Of a DNA stretch of 64,000 bases, positions 1 through 12,125 are shown piece by piece. Source of the stretch: Cetorhinus maximus. Its lineage: Eukaryota. The position numbers and the translations under genes are program-made. The notes under the pieces are model-generated. The model had not been told where the DNA came from and ran no database searches. It saw nothing but the letters and a program-made list of their open reading frames with translations. The stretch covers positions 24,862,001 to 24,926,000 of the forward strand of contig NC_135901.1 in assembly GCF_964194155.1 (NCBI RefSeq), given 5' to 3'. Position 1 is the stretch's first letter; the number at the start of each line of letters is the position of its first letter.

Positions 1-59
1 ACCAGGGACCAGCCTCTGGAACCAATGTCCAGCCTGATACAAACCGGCTCTTCATTGAT

Positions 60-420
60 CTGGGAGCTGCGGCCCCGCTCGGTGCAAACGGGGGAGGGGG
101 ACCGGTCAGTTTATTTCCGGGGTTTGCGGTTTACACAACATGTTTCCGGAGCCTCTCCGTCTACCCGCCGGATCCATCGCTCCCTCCGCCCCGCCATACC
201 CCCATTTACCCATTGTGGACCCGTCTCTCCATCGCCATTACCCGCACTGCGCATGCTTCAGTCACAGCCTGGCTCCGCCCCCTCATTCACTCCGATTGGT
301 TGGAGGACCAGACCCAGCTGCTGGGACCTCCAGCCCCGCCCCCTCTTCCTATTGGTCCGGAGCTGCCGTCAATCACCGGGCATTGTGACGGTTTCAAACG
401 CTGAGTGGCCACAGACTCAG
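60..420 (-). promoter_or_regulatory. GC-rich ZNF-type promoter module (gene probably lies left of the window)
   Basis: ACTGCGCATGC (NRF1-like, ~246-256), ATTGG boxes (~295, ~351) and GC boxes; homologous to 40520-40913 and, inverted, to 21590-21725. Confidence 0.6.
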
Positions 421-515
421 CCTGACTTGCTGATTCTTGGCAGCATTTTCTGTTTGGGAAATTAGAGCTAGAGATGGATGGTCAGTTCCCCTCTGTCCGG
501 GGGGGATTCACACTC

Positions 516-588
516 ATTTCCCCAGTGCAGTGATTATCGCGTTTACTTTACATGAGGAAAGTCGCCGGCTCAATCCCGGCTGGAAACC
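516..588 (+). pseudogene. decayed tRNA-Val(TAC)-like pseudogene
   Basis: ATTTCCCCAGTGCAGTGATTATCGCGTTTACTTTACATGAGGAAAGTCGCCGGCTCAATCCCGGCTGGAAAC aligns end to end with the vertebrate tRNA-Val layout GTTTCCGTAGTGTAGTGGTTATCACGTT...GGTTCGAAACCGGGCGGAAAC; stems and A/B boxes are mutated. Confidence 0.7.
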
Positions 589-721
589 TTGAGTTTAACA
601 TTGTTACTGATGGGGAATTAACAGTGAGTTTAGTTTCATGTTGAACAGGGTGATAGTTACTGATGTCTCATTCCAGAGAAAACTGATCCTCTCTGACCCA
701 AAAACAAAATACTGTAATACT

Positions 722-1035
722 CTAGGTGGAAATCCGACCTAGAACTGGGGTGGGTCACTGTTTAAAAATAAGGGGTGGCCCATTTAAGACAGAGATGAAG
801 AGAAGTTGTTTCTCTCATCGGGTCATGAGTCTTTGGAATTGTCTTCCTCAAAAGGCGGTGGAAACAGAGTCTTTGAATATTTTTAAGGCAGAGCTCGATA
901 GATTCTTGATAAGCAAGGAGGGAAAAGTTGTCAGGGGTGGGCAGGAATGTGGAGTTAAACTGACAATTAGATCAGTTCAATTAGATCAGGCTCAAGGGGC
1001 CGAGTGGCCTACTCCTCCTCCTAATTCGTATATTT
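722..1035 (+). mobile_element. CR1 LINE 3' end fragment
   Basis: GHCLKIRGGPFKTEMKRSCFSHRVMSLWNCLPQKAVE (CR1 ORF2 C-terminus) followed by the GGGGCCGAGTGGCCTACTCCT tail. Confidence 0.85.
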
Positions 1036-1784
1036 GTTTGACCTCAAAACAGAAAATATTGGAAACTCTGAGCAGGTTAAACAGCATCTACAGAGAGGGA
1101 AACAGAGTGAATGCTTCAGGTCAGGAACCTTTGATCCAAACTGGAAAAAAATTAGAGATCGAACAGTTTACCAGCAAGTACAAAGTCAGAGAAAAGAGAG
1201 TGGGGGAGGACGGTGGGGTCGAAGGATTTTCTTACGATGGGAGACAACAGTGGATTTAAAGGTGAGAGGGACAGTGTGAAAAGGGAGAGAACAGTTAAGG
1301 ATGTTGTCTAAAATGTGGAAGTTGGATGGTCAGCAGTTTAGTGAGAATAGTGTCAAGAAAGCCGAAGGCAGGTCTCAGAGACAAAATGAGCTGAGTGAGA
1401 TAGGAGAGAAACTGGAGAAAGATGCAAGTGCAGAGCTTGGACAAGAAGGCGCTTCAGATACAACTTTTCCAGGTAGGTTAGTGGAAGGGAGGGAAGCAGC
1501 AGAGGCAGCTGATCAGATTGTCTCAATCTTAGTGACAAAGAAGTTCCATGAGCTCCTCACTTTTGTTGTTCGAGGTGAGGAGGAGGATACGGGGAAAGGG
1601 AGAGCACTTCAAAAGGAACTAACTCCTGTTAGAGATATTAGAAGTTTCACCACACTGTGCGTTTAGAACAAAGTTGATTTATTTGACTTTTATCCAAAAT
1701 ATTAACCATTATAACTGGGCTGGAGTTTATTAACATCAGCAGGAACAGACCCCAATGAACATGGTTCAGTCCTAGGCATGATTA

Positions 1785-2915
<1,131 letters not shown>

Positions 2916-3184
2916 GTTCAAAGGCTGATGATATTCAGGTCCTGATGAATCGAGAGACTCTGTCAGATCCTAATGTGATGTTTGATTTAAGTTTCCTGAC
3001 TGCAATTCCTCTCCTTCTAATATCCTATGAAACTGATTTAAAACAGAAAAGAGGGAGTGAGAGAGAAACCACAAAAAGACAAACATAGGTTGTGAAATTG
3101 AGGTGAATGAATCTGGTCATTTGTGGAGCCGAACCCAACTGCATCACTAATATCCTTCAGGGAAGGGAATCAGGCTCCAGGTCT

Positions 3185-3290
3185 TACTTCTGATGAAGAG
3201 TCATACGGACTCGAAACGTTAACTGTGTTCCTCTCCGCAGATGCTGTCAGACCTGCTGAGTTTTTCCAGCCATTTTTGTTTTTGTTTCAG
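3185..3290 (+). mobile_element. short Penelope pLTR-like insertion with hammerhead motif
   Basis: Flanked by the direct repeat CAGGCTCCAGGTCT (3171-3184 and 3288-3301); contains CTGATGA-A-GAGTC-ATACG-GACTC-GAAAC-GTT. Confidence 0.7.
3190..3224 (+). ncRNA. minimal hammerhead ribozyme motif
   Basis: Core CUGAUGA (3190-3196), stem II GAGUC/GACUC with a 5-nt loop, GAAA, palindromic AACGUU helix III; stem I imperfect here (ACUU/AACU). Confidence 0.6.
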
Positions 3291-3479
3291 GCTCCAGGTC
3301 TGTTTGGCTTTCCCGTCTGTAAATCCTCCTCTTCTAACCCCCTGTAAAAGGAGTTTCCAAAATCCATTCCTGTCAGTCCAGAATAGAAATTCACACCATT
3401 TCCTGCTCCAGGATCAGTAAAGTGAGTTAAAGATGATTTCTCATTAACAAATCCATTGCTGCATTTCCTTCATTAACCC

Positions 3480-3830
3480 ACATTTGTCCACTCGGGCCTG
3501 GCACCGGGAGAAAGCCCGCAGCTGCCGTTCTGTTCGGTGAAAAGGCGGGCCCGGCACTTTCTTACTGGGGGTGTTGAGGCCTCCACTGGGTGTTTGTGAA
3601 GCCTCCCCTCCCAATCACTGCCCCTAACGCTGCCTCCGCTTATCCGCCTCCTTCCCGCCTGAAGATGGGACAAAAAAGCTTCTGTCCATGGACATCACCC
3701 GCACTGCGCATGTTCCAGGTCACAATGCCGGGGAATGATTGGCGGAGGTTTCGGACCAATAGGAAGAGGGGGCGGGGCTGAGCCCGGATCTCTCCCATTG
3801 GCTGAAACTCTGCATTATTTTGAAAGCTGA
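3480..3830 (-). promoter_or_regulatory. GC-rich promoter/first exon of ZNF 1808-2915
   Basis: CACTGCGCATG (~3702), several CCAAT/ATTGG boxes, GGGGCGGGG, CpG-rich. Confidence 0.55.
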
Positions 3831-3999
3831 TTTGTGTCGAACTCCAGGGGAAAACCGGACCTTTCTATTTGTGGCTTTAAACAGATGAAACCCTGTGGGT
3901 GCGGAGCAAGCATTTCAACATTTGTTACTGAAATGGATTGATTCAGGACAGACAGCAGGGATTATTTCAGGAAATTACACAGTGTAGTGATCGTTTCTC

Positions 4000-4480
4000 T
4001 TTGAACTCATCCCTTGGAGAACAGTGTGAATTAGTGGAAGAATTCACAGGTTGTTTAACGCTCCTTCCATGTCTGTAATCATTTAATTCTAGCCGATCTG
4101 TTGGTCCGGCTTCAACCGGGAGAGTTTGATGAGCTCCCACAAATTCACAATGGGAGTGGACAGCCAGACATACCGGACATTCAGAACACATGAACCTTAC
4201 CGCCCCACTTTGAACAGGGCTGTTTGCTTCCATGTTCAAAAGCTGATGATGTGCATCATCAATCAAATTGATCTGATCAATCAAATGACTATGTCAGATC
4301 TTGATGTGATGCTTGGTTTGTGTTTCCCGTTTGCAAATCCCCCTGTAAAAGGAGTTTCCAAAAACCATCACTGGAAGTTCAGGCTAGAAATTCAGACCTA
4401 ACTTTTCTTTTGGTTTGAATTAATTGTGTGTAAGTCCTCTTCCTCCGAAAAAGATTCCAAAAACAATCACTGTCATAATG
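4000..4480 (-). pseudogene. decayed ZNF exon remnant
   Basis: Family acceptor module (CTGTAAAAGGAG at ~4343), TTCCATGTTCAAA start context (~4228) and degenerate finger sequence. Confidence 0.55.
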
Positions 4481-4489
4481 CAATCAGAG

Positions 4490-4777
4490 ACAACATTGTT
4501 TTCTGAAAGGGAAATCGTGTTTGACAATTTCATTAAAGTTCTTTGAGGATGTAACTAGCTGGGTGGATAATGGAAACCAGTAGATGTAGTGCATTTGGGT
4601 TTCGAAAAGGTATTCAATTAGCTGTCACATAAAAGTTAACTGCACAGGCTAAGTGATAAGGTGTTGTGGTGATATATTAGTATGGATAGAGGATTGGATA
4701 ACTAACAGGAAACAAAGGGTCTGGATAAATGTGTCATTTTCAGGTTTGTAGACTAACTGCTGGAATGCCACGGGGAT
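4490..4777 (+). mobile_element. older CR1 RT fragment (continues at 8994-9470)
   Basis: Degenerate KGKSCLT..FFE..KVF motifs; GMPRG|GSVLG is split by the younger CR1. Confidence 0.75.
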
Positions 4778-4930
4778 AAAAGAGCGCGAGGAGAGCGGCG
4801 GAGATGCGGGATAAAACTGGAAAAATGACGTCACAGGAAAGCTGTGACCTGATTGGTTAGTAGGAAATCTGCACCAAATTTGAACAAAAACACTGCAAAG
4901 CTAATTAATAAATTAATTATCTAAGTAGAG

Positions 4931-5874
4931 ATGGCTGGGCAGGCGATGTGTTGTAGCTGTATGGTGCGGGAGCTGGCAGATCGCATTGCGAGCCGCAGTG
5001 ACCATATCTGCAGCAACTGTTGGTTGCTGGAGGAACTCCAGCTCAGAATTGATGAGCTGGAGTCCGAGCTCCGAACGCTGTGGCACATCCGGGAGGGGGA
5101 GTGTTACCTGGAAGCTTTGTTTCAGGAGGCGGTCACACCCAGTAGATTAAGTACCTCAAATTCGGTCAGTGGTCAGGGTCAGCAAGTGAGGCAGGTAGAG
5201 AGATCCTGTGTTCAGGAACAGAGGAGCCTCAGATCTTGACCTTGTCCAACAGGTACGAGGTATTTGCTCCCTGTGTGGATAAAGAACAGGGCTGTAGGGA
5301 GGATGAGCCAGCTGACCACGGCACTGTGGCACAGGAGGCCATTCAAGAGGGTGGAGCAAAAAGACAAGTGGTAGTTGTAGGGGATTCTATAATTAGGGGA
5401 ATTGATAGCATCCTTTGTAAGCAGGATCGAGAGTCCCGCATCGTAAGTTGCCTCCCCGATGCCAGGGTGAGGGACATCTCTGACCGGCTTGAAAGGATTT
5501 TGGAGAGGGACGGGCAGGATCCAGTTGTTGTGGTCCACATCGGGACAAATAACATAGGTAAGACTAGGAAAGAGGACCTGTTTGGTGATTATCAGGAACT
5601 AGGAACTAAATTAAAGAACAGGTCCTCAAGGGTTATTATCTCTGGATTACTACCCGAGCCATGTGAAAACTGGCATTGGGACGCGAGAATAAGGGAAGTA
5701 AACATGTGGCTAAAGGAGTGGTGTGGGAAAGAGGGGTTCCATTTCATGGGGCACTGGCATCAGTATTGGAACAGGAGGGATCTGTACCATTGGGACGGTC
5801 TCCACCTGAACCAATCTGGTACCAATGTTCTAGCGAAAAGGGTAAATAGGGTGGTCAACAGGACTTTAAACTAG
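4931..5874 (+). pseudogene. CR1 ORF1 (zinc finger + SGNH/GDSL esterase), one frameshift near 5190-5240
   Basis: ORFs 4931-5239 and 5236-5874 carry CCSC..CSNC and the SGNH blocks. Confidence 0.85.
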
Positions 5875-6119
5875 AAAGTCGGGGGGAAGGGAAGGGTAAA
5901 ACTCCAAGAAGTATGACTAATGGGAAACAAAGCAGCAGGTTATCATGTGGGGGGTGGATTCAACTTCATGGAAAATTATGAACAAACTGAAAAGGAATGA
6001 GAGCCCAAGAGAGGCTATTAAATTCTCCAGAACACAAAATAGGACAGAGTGTTTGGAAAGGGCTAGGAATCTAACCTCAAGCATATCAGATAAAGGGACG
6101 ACAATGAGAAAGGGGACGG

Positions 6120-8902
6120 GAAATACAGGACTGAATGTGTTCTATCTGATTGCACGCAGTATATAAAATAAGGTAAATGAGCTTGTGGCGCAGATTGAAA
6201 TTGGTAGGTATGATGTGGTGGGCATCATGGAGACATGACTGCAGGGGGATCAGGACTGGGAGCTAAATATCCAAGGATATTTGAAAAGATAGGCAGGTTG
6301 GCAGAGCGGGTGGGGTTGCTTTGGTAGTAAGAAATGAAATTAAATTGATAGCAAGAAATGACGTAAGGTCAGATGATATAGAATCTGTGTGGGTAGAGTT
6401 GAGGAACCGCAAAGGTAAAAAAACCATAATGGGAGTTATGTACAGGCCTCCGAACCGTAGTCAGGATATGGGGCACAAGATACACCATGAGATAGAAAAG
6501 ACATGTAAGAAAGGCAAGGTTACATTGATCATGGGGGATTTCAATATGCAGGTAGAATGGGAAAATCAGGTTGGTAATGGATCCCAAGGAAAGGAATTTG
6601 TGGAATATCTACGAGATGGCTTTTTGGAACAGCTTGTGGTGGAGCCCACTAGGGAACAGGCAATTCTAGATTTAGTGATGTGTAATGAGGCAGATTTGAT
6701 AAGGGAGCTTAAGGTGAAGGAACCCTTAGGAGGAAGTGACCATAATATAATAGAATTTACCCTGCAATTTGAGAGGAAAAAGCTGGAATCAGATGTAATG
6801 GTATTACAGTTGAATAAAGGTAACTACAGAGACATGAGGGAGGAGCTGGCCAGAATTGACTAGGAGATGAGCCTAGCAGGAAAGACAGTGGAACAGCAAT
6901 GGCAGGAGTTTCTGGGAGTAATTTGGAAGACACGGCAAAAATTCATCCCTAGGAAGAAGGAGCATACTGAAGGGAGGAGGAGGCAACTATGGCTGACAAG
7001 GGAAGTCAGGGACAGCATAAAAGCTAAAGAGAAAGCATACAATGCGGCGAAGAGCAGTGGGAAGCCAGGGGATTGGGAAGCCTACAAGGACCAACAGAGG
7101 ACAACTAAAAAAGAAATAAGGAGGGAGAAGATTAAATATGAGGGTAAACTAGCCAGTAATATAAAAGAAGATTGCAAGAGGTTTTTTTTAGATATGTAAA
7201 GGGTAAGAGAGAGGCAAAAGTGGACATTGGGCCTCTGGAAAATGACGCTGGAGAAGTAATAATGGGGAACAAAGAAATGGCAGAGGAACTGAATAGGTAC
7301 TTTGTGTCAGTCTTCACGGAGGAAGGCATGAGTAACATCCCCATAGTTCAAGAGAGTCGGGGGGCAGAGGTGAGTATGGTGGCCATTACCAAGGAGAAGG
7401 TGCTAGGAAAACTGAAAGGTCTGAAGGTGGATAAATCACCTGGACCAGATGGATTACACCCCAGAATTCCGAAGGAGATAGCTGAAGAGATAGTGGAGGT
7501 GTTAGTGGTGATCTTTCAGGAATCACTGGAGTCAGGAAGGGTCCCAGAGGACTGGAAAATCGCTAATGTAACCCCCCCTGTTTAAGAAGGGAGTGAGGCA
7601 AAAGATGGAAAATTACAGGCCGATTAGCCTGACCTCGATCGTTGGTAAGATTTTAGAATCCATTATTAAGGATGAGATTTCAGAATACTTGGAAGTGCAT
7701 GGTAAAATAGGGCAAAGTCAGCATGGTTTCATCAAGGGGAGGTCATGCCTGACAAATATGTTAGAATTCTTTGAGGAGGTAACGAGCAGGTTAGACAAAG
7801 GAGAGCCAATGAATGTTATCTCCTTGGACTTCCAGAAGGCCTTTGACAAGGTGCCGCACAGGAGGCTGCTCAGTAAGATAAGAGCCCATGGTGTTAGAAG
7901 CAAGGTACGAGCATGGATAGAAGATTGGCTGTCTGGCAGGAGGCAGAGAGTGGGGATAAGGGGGTCCTTCTCAGGATGGCGACTGGTGACTAGCGGAGTT
8001 CTGCAAGGGTCAGTGTTGGGACCACAACTTTTCACTTTATACATTAATGATTTAGATGAAGGAACTGAGGGCATTCTGGCTAAGTTTGCAGATGATACAA
8101 AAATAGGTGGACGTACAGGTAGTATTGAGGAGGTGAGGAGGCTGCAGAAGGATTTAGACGGTTATGGAGAATGGGCAAAGAAGTGGCAGATGGAATAAAA
8201 CATGGGAAGTGTGAGGTCATGCACTTTGGTAGGAAGAATAGAGGCATAGACTATTTTCTAAATGGGGAGAGAATTCAGAAATCTGGAGTGCAAAGGGACT
8301 TGGGAGTCCTAGTCCAGGATTCTCTTAAGGTTAACTTGCAGGTTGAGTCAGTAGTTAGGAAGGCAAATGCAATGTTGGCATTTATTTCGAGAGGACTAGA
8401 ATATAAAAGCAGGGATGTCACGCTGAGGATTTATAAGGCTCTGGTCAGACTACATTTAGAATATTGTGAGCCATTTTGGGCCCCGTATCTCAGGAAGGAT
8501 GTGCTGGCCCTGGAGAGGGTACAGAGGAGGTTCACGAGAACGATCCCAGGAATGAAAGGCTTAACATATGAGGAACCTTTGAGGACTCTGGGTCTATACT
8601 CAATGGAGTTTAGATGGATGAGGGGTGATCTGGTTGAAACTTACAGAATACTGAAAGGCCTAGATAGAGTGGACGTGGGGAAGATGTTTCCATTAGTAGG
8701 AGAGACTAGGACCCGAGGGCACAGCCTCAGAGTAAAGGGAAGATCTTTTAGAACAGAGATGAGGAGAAACTTCTTTAGCCTGAGTTTGGTGAATGTATGG
8801 AATTCATTGCCACAGAAGGCTGTGGAGACCAGGTCATTGAGTGTATTTAAGACCGAGATAGGTAAGGGGATCAAAGGTTACGGGGTGAAGGTGGGAGAAT
8901 GA
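6120..8902 (+). pseudogene. CR1 ORF2 (APE endonuclease + reverse transcriptase), broken
   Basis: Consecutive ORFs 6321-6863, 6867-7199, 7172-7585, 7593-8198 and 8171-8902 reconstruct ORF2. Confidence 0.9.
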
Positions 8903-9611
8903 GGCTGAGAAACTTATCAGCCATGATTGAATGGCGGAGCAGACTCGATGGGCCGAATGGCCTAATTTCTGCTCCGATGTCTTATTGTCTTATGGGATCA
9001 GTGCTGGGACATCAACCATTTACAACCTATATTAATGACGTAGTTGAATGGGCCAAGTGTATTGCAGCCAAATTTGCTGACAATACAGAGATGGGTCTGA
9101 AATCAAGTTGTGAGGAGACAAAGAGCTAGGTTAAGTGAATGGGAAAACACTTGCAGATGGTGCATGATTTGGGAAAATGTGAGGGTTTCCACTTTGACAA
9201 GAAGAATAGAAAAGCAGAAATTATTTAAGTAGAGAGACACTGCAGGATGCTGTAGTACAGAGACCTCGGGGTCCTGGCACATAAATCTCAAAAAGTTCGC
9301 ATGCAGGTACTTCAAGAAATTAGGAAGGTAACTGGAATGTTGGCCTTTATTACAAGAGGGTTGGAGTATAAAAGTAGGGAAGTTTTGCAACAGCTGTACC
9401 GGGCATTGGTGAAACCACACCTAGAGGACTGTGTACAGTTTTGGTCTCCTTACTTAAGGAGGGATATATCCAGCGTGTCCACTCTGAACCAGGTTTGCTG
9501 CTCCCTCTGTGTCCAGCACTGTCTGCATCCCTGGCACAAGGAAATGGAATTTCAAAAGAAGGAAGGAATCTGTCAGCATTTGAAAGATATTCACAGAGAA
9601 TTCAAGGGCTC

Positions 9612-10660
9612 CTTGGATGGCAAACTGTGACTAGTAGGGTGCCACAGGGTTCAGTCCTTGGGCCCTAACTATTTACAATCTATATTAATGACTTGGATTC
9701 AGGGATAGAAGGTACGATAGCTAACTTTGCAGATGACACCAAAATAGGTGGGAAAGTAAGTTGCAATGAAGAAATAAGAAATTTACAAATGGATATGGAC
9801 AGGTTAGGTGAATGGGCCAGAATTTGGCAGATGAAGTTTAATGTGGATAAGTGTGAGGTTATCCACTTTGGTCAGAAGAATAAAAAGGCGACTTATTATT
9901 TAAATGGAGAGAAACTTCAGAATGCTTTAGTGCAGAGGGATCTGGGTGTCCGCGTGCATGAATCGCTGAAAGCTAGTATGCAGGTACAGCAGATAATTAG
10001 GAAGGTAAATGGAATTTTGGCATTTATTGCTAAAGGTATAGAGTATAAAAATAGGGAAGTGTTGTTGCAACTGTACAAGGTATTGGTGAGACCGCACCTG
10101 GAGTACTGTGCACAGTTTTGGTCCCCTTACTTGAGGAAGGATGTTGTTGCATTGGAGGCAGGTCAGAGGAGGTTTAATAGATTGATTCCAGAGATGTGGG
10201 GCTTGTGTTATGAGGAGAGATTGAGCAGTTTAGGCCTATACTCGCTAGAGTGTAGAAGGATGAGAGGAGATCTAATTGGGGTATATAAGATGCTACAGGG
10301 GGTAGACAAAGTAGACATGAGCAGATGTTTCCCCTTGTGGGGCATTCTAGAATGAGAGGCCATTGTTTTAGGCTAAGGGGTGGTAGATCTAAATCAGAGA
10401 TGAGGAGGAATTACTTTTCTCAAAGGGTCGTGAATCTGTGGAATTCACTACCTCAGAATGCAGTGGATGGCGGGACGCTGAATAAATTTAAGGAGGAGAT
10501 AGACAGATTTTTAATTAGTAAAGGGTTGAAAGGTTATGGGGGGAGGGGGGGAAATTGGAGTTGAGGCCGAAATGAGATCAGCCATGATCGTATTGAATGG
10601 CGGGGCAGGCTCGAGGGGCTGAATTGCCTACTCCTGCTCCTAGTTCTTATGCTCTTGTAA
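9612..10660 (+). mobile_element. 5'-truncated CR1
   Basis: VPQGSVLGP, FADDTK, LEYCAQFWSP, RVVNLWNSLP and CR1 tail. Confidence 0.9.
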
Positions 10661-10764
10661 GAGTTGAGATTTTTCTTTATTCTTGAAGAGTTGGACATCA
10701 GACTGCCTCCTTTCAGTATGGAGCTCCATTGTAGGACTTGGACCACCTTTGACGGAGCTGCCAA

Positions 10765-11405
10765 TGAGTCCCACTCCCCTGCCCTTTCCCCAAAGCCTTC
10801 ATTAGAATCATAGAATGGTTACAGCATAGAAGAAGGTCATTTGGCCCATCATGTCCATGACCACGCCAGCTTTCCGAAAGAGCTACTCAGCCAGTCCCAC
10901 TCCCCGGCCATTTCATCATAGCCCTGCACATTTTTTCTGTTCAGATAATTACCAAATTCTGTTTTGAAAGGCATGATTGAACCTTCCTCCACCACACTCT
11001 CAGTCAGTGCACTCCAGATTCTAACCACTCACTGCATAAGCAGGTTTTTCCTCATGTCACCATTGCTTCTTTTTCAATTCACCTTTAACCCATGTCCTCT
11101 GGTCCTCAGCCCTTCTGCCACTAGGAATATTTTCTCCCTGTGTATTCTGTCCAGATCCCTCATGATTTTGAGCATTGCTATCAAATCTCCTCTTAATCTT
11201 CTTTTCTCTAAACTGATCAGCCCCATCTTTACCAATCTGTCCTAATAACTGCAGTTTCTCATCCCTGGAACCATTCTCAATAATCTGTTCTGCATCCTCT
11301 TCAATACTTTCACATCCTTCCTAAAGTGTGGTATCCAGAATTGGACACAGTACTCCAGTTGTGGTTAAACCAGTGTTTTATTCTTATTTCTCATAACTTC
11401 CTTGT
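10765..11405 (-). mobile_element. CR1 3' fragments
   Basis: Reverse-complement CR1 tail (AGAATCATAGAAT) and ORF2 C-terminus. Confidence 0.75.
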
Positions 11406-11904
11406 TATTCTCGGGGAGTTGAACACCAGCCTTTCTCCTGTCGACATAGAGCTGCCTTATAGGGTTGTGACCATCTTTGAAAGAGCTGCCAATTAGCCCA
11501 CACTCCCCTGCCCTTTCCCCAGAGCCCTGCAAACTTTACCTTTTAACTGGAGATCCAACTCACTTTGGAAAGTTGTTATTGAATCTGCTCCTATCCCCTT
11601 TCAGGCAGAACGTCTCAGGTCATAACTTATTGAGTGAAAAATGGTTCCTCATCTTCCTGATGGATTTTTGCCAATTATTTGATGTGATGTGTTTAATTGT
11701 TGGTTTCCTGTTGAAGACATTACCTGAGTGGATTTAGGGGAACACGCTCATGATATCTCAGAGAGACCAAACATATGACATGCTGTATATTTGAAACAAA
11801 GCTGATTTATTTGATGTATTAAAATAGTCAACACCAGCCACATTACCGGACATTGCTGAAAAAAGAGACATGACTAAGCTTTTTGTCTTGCACTCATCAG
11901 GACA

Positions 11905-12125
11905 ATTCACAATATTCAGCACCATTCGTGACTCCTCAGATACTGAAACAGTCCATGTCCAAATGCAGCAAGACCTGAACAATATCCAGGTTTTGGCTGA
12001 CAAGTGGCAAGTAACATTCACGCCACACAAGTGTCAGGCAATGACCATCTCCAAAAATAGAGAATCCAACCATTGCCCATCGCTGTATCCCCCACTATCA
12101 ACATCCTGGGGGTTACCATCTGCTA
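11905..12125 (+). mobile_element. fragment of second LINE family (CR1/L2 group)
   Basis: MQQDLNNIQVLADKWQVTFTPHKCQAMTIS, shared with 25710-26560 and 60820-63920. Confidence 0.8.

Larger units (their letters stand above)
4778..8993 (+). mobile_element. full-length CR1 LINE, inactivated
   Basis: 5'UTR, ORF1 (CxxC zinc finger plus esterase GDSIIRG..HIGTNN..DGLHLN), ORF2 APE (MGDFN, GSDH) and RT (LDFQKAFDKVPH, QGSVLGP, FADDTK), tail GGGCCGAATGGCCT..(CTTAT)n; several stops and frameshifts; GGGAT at both junctions. Confidence 0.95.

Noticed and set aside
25-465. Proline-rich ORFs over promoters (also 16022-16453, 40612-41055, 54314-55246)
   Set aside because: GC-rich promoter paralogs whose frames are not conserved between copies.
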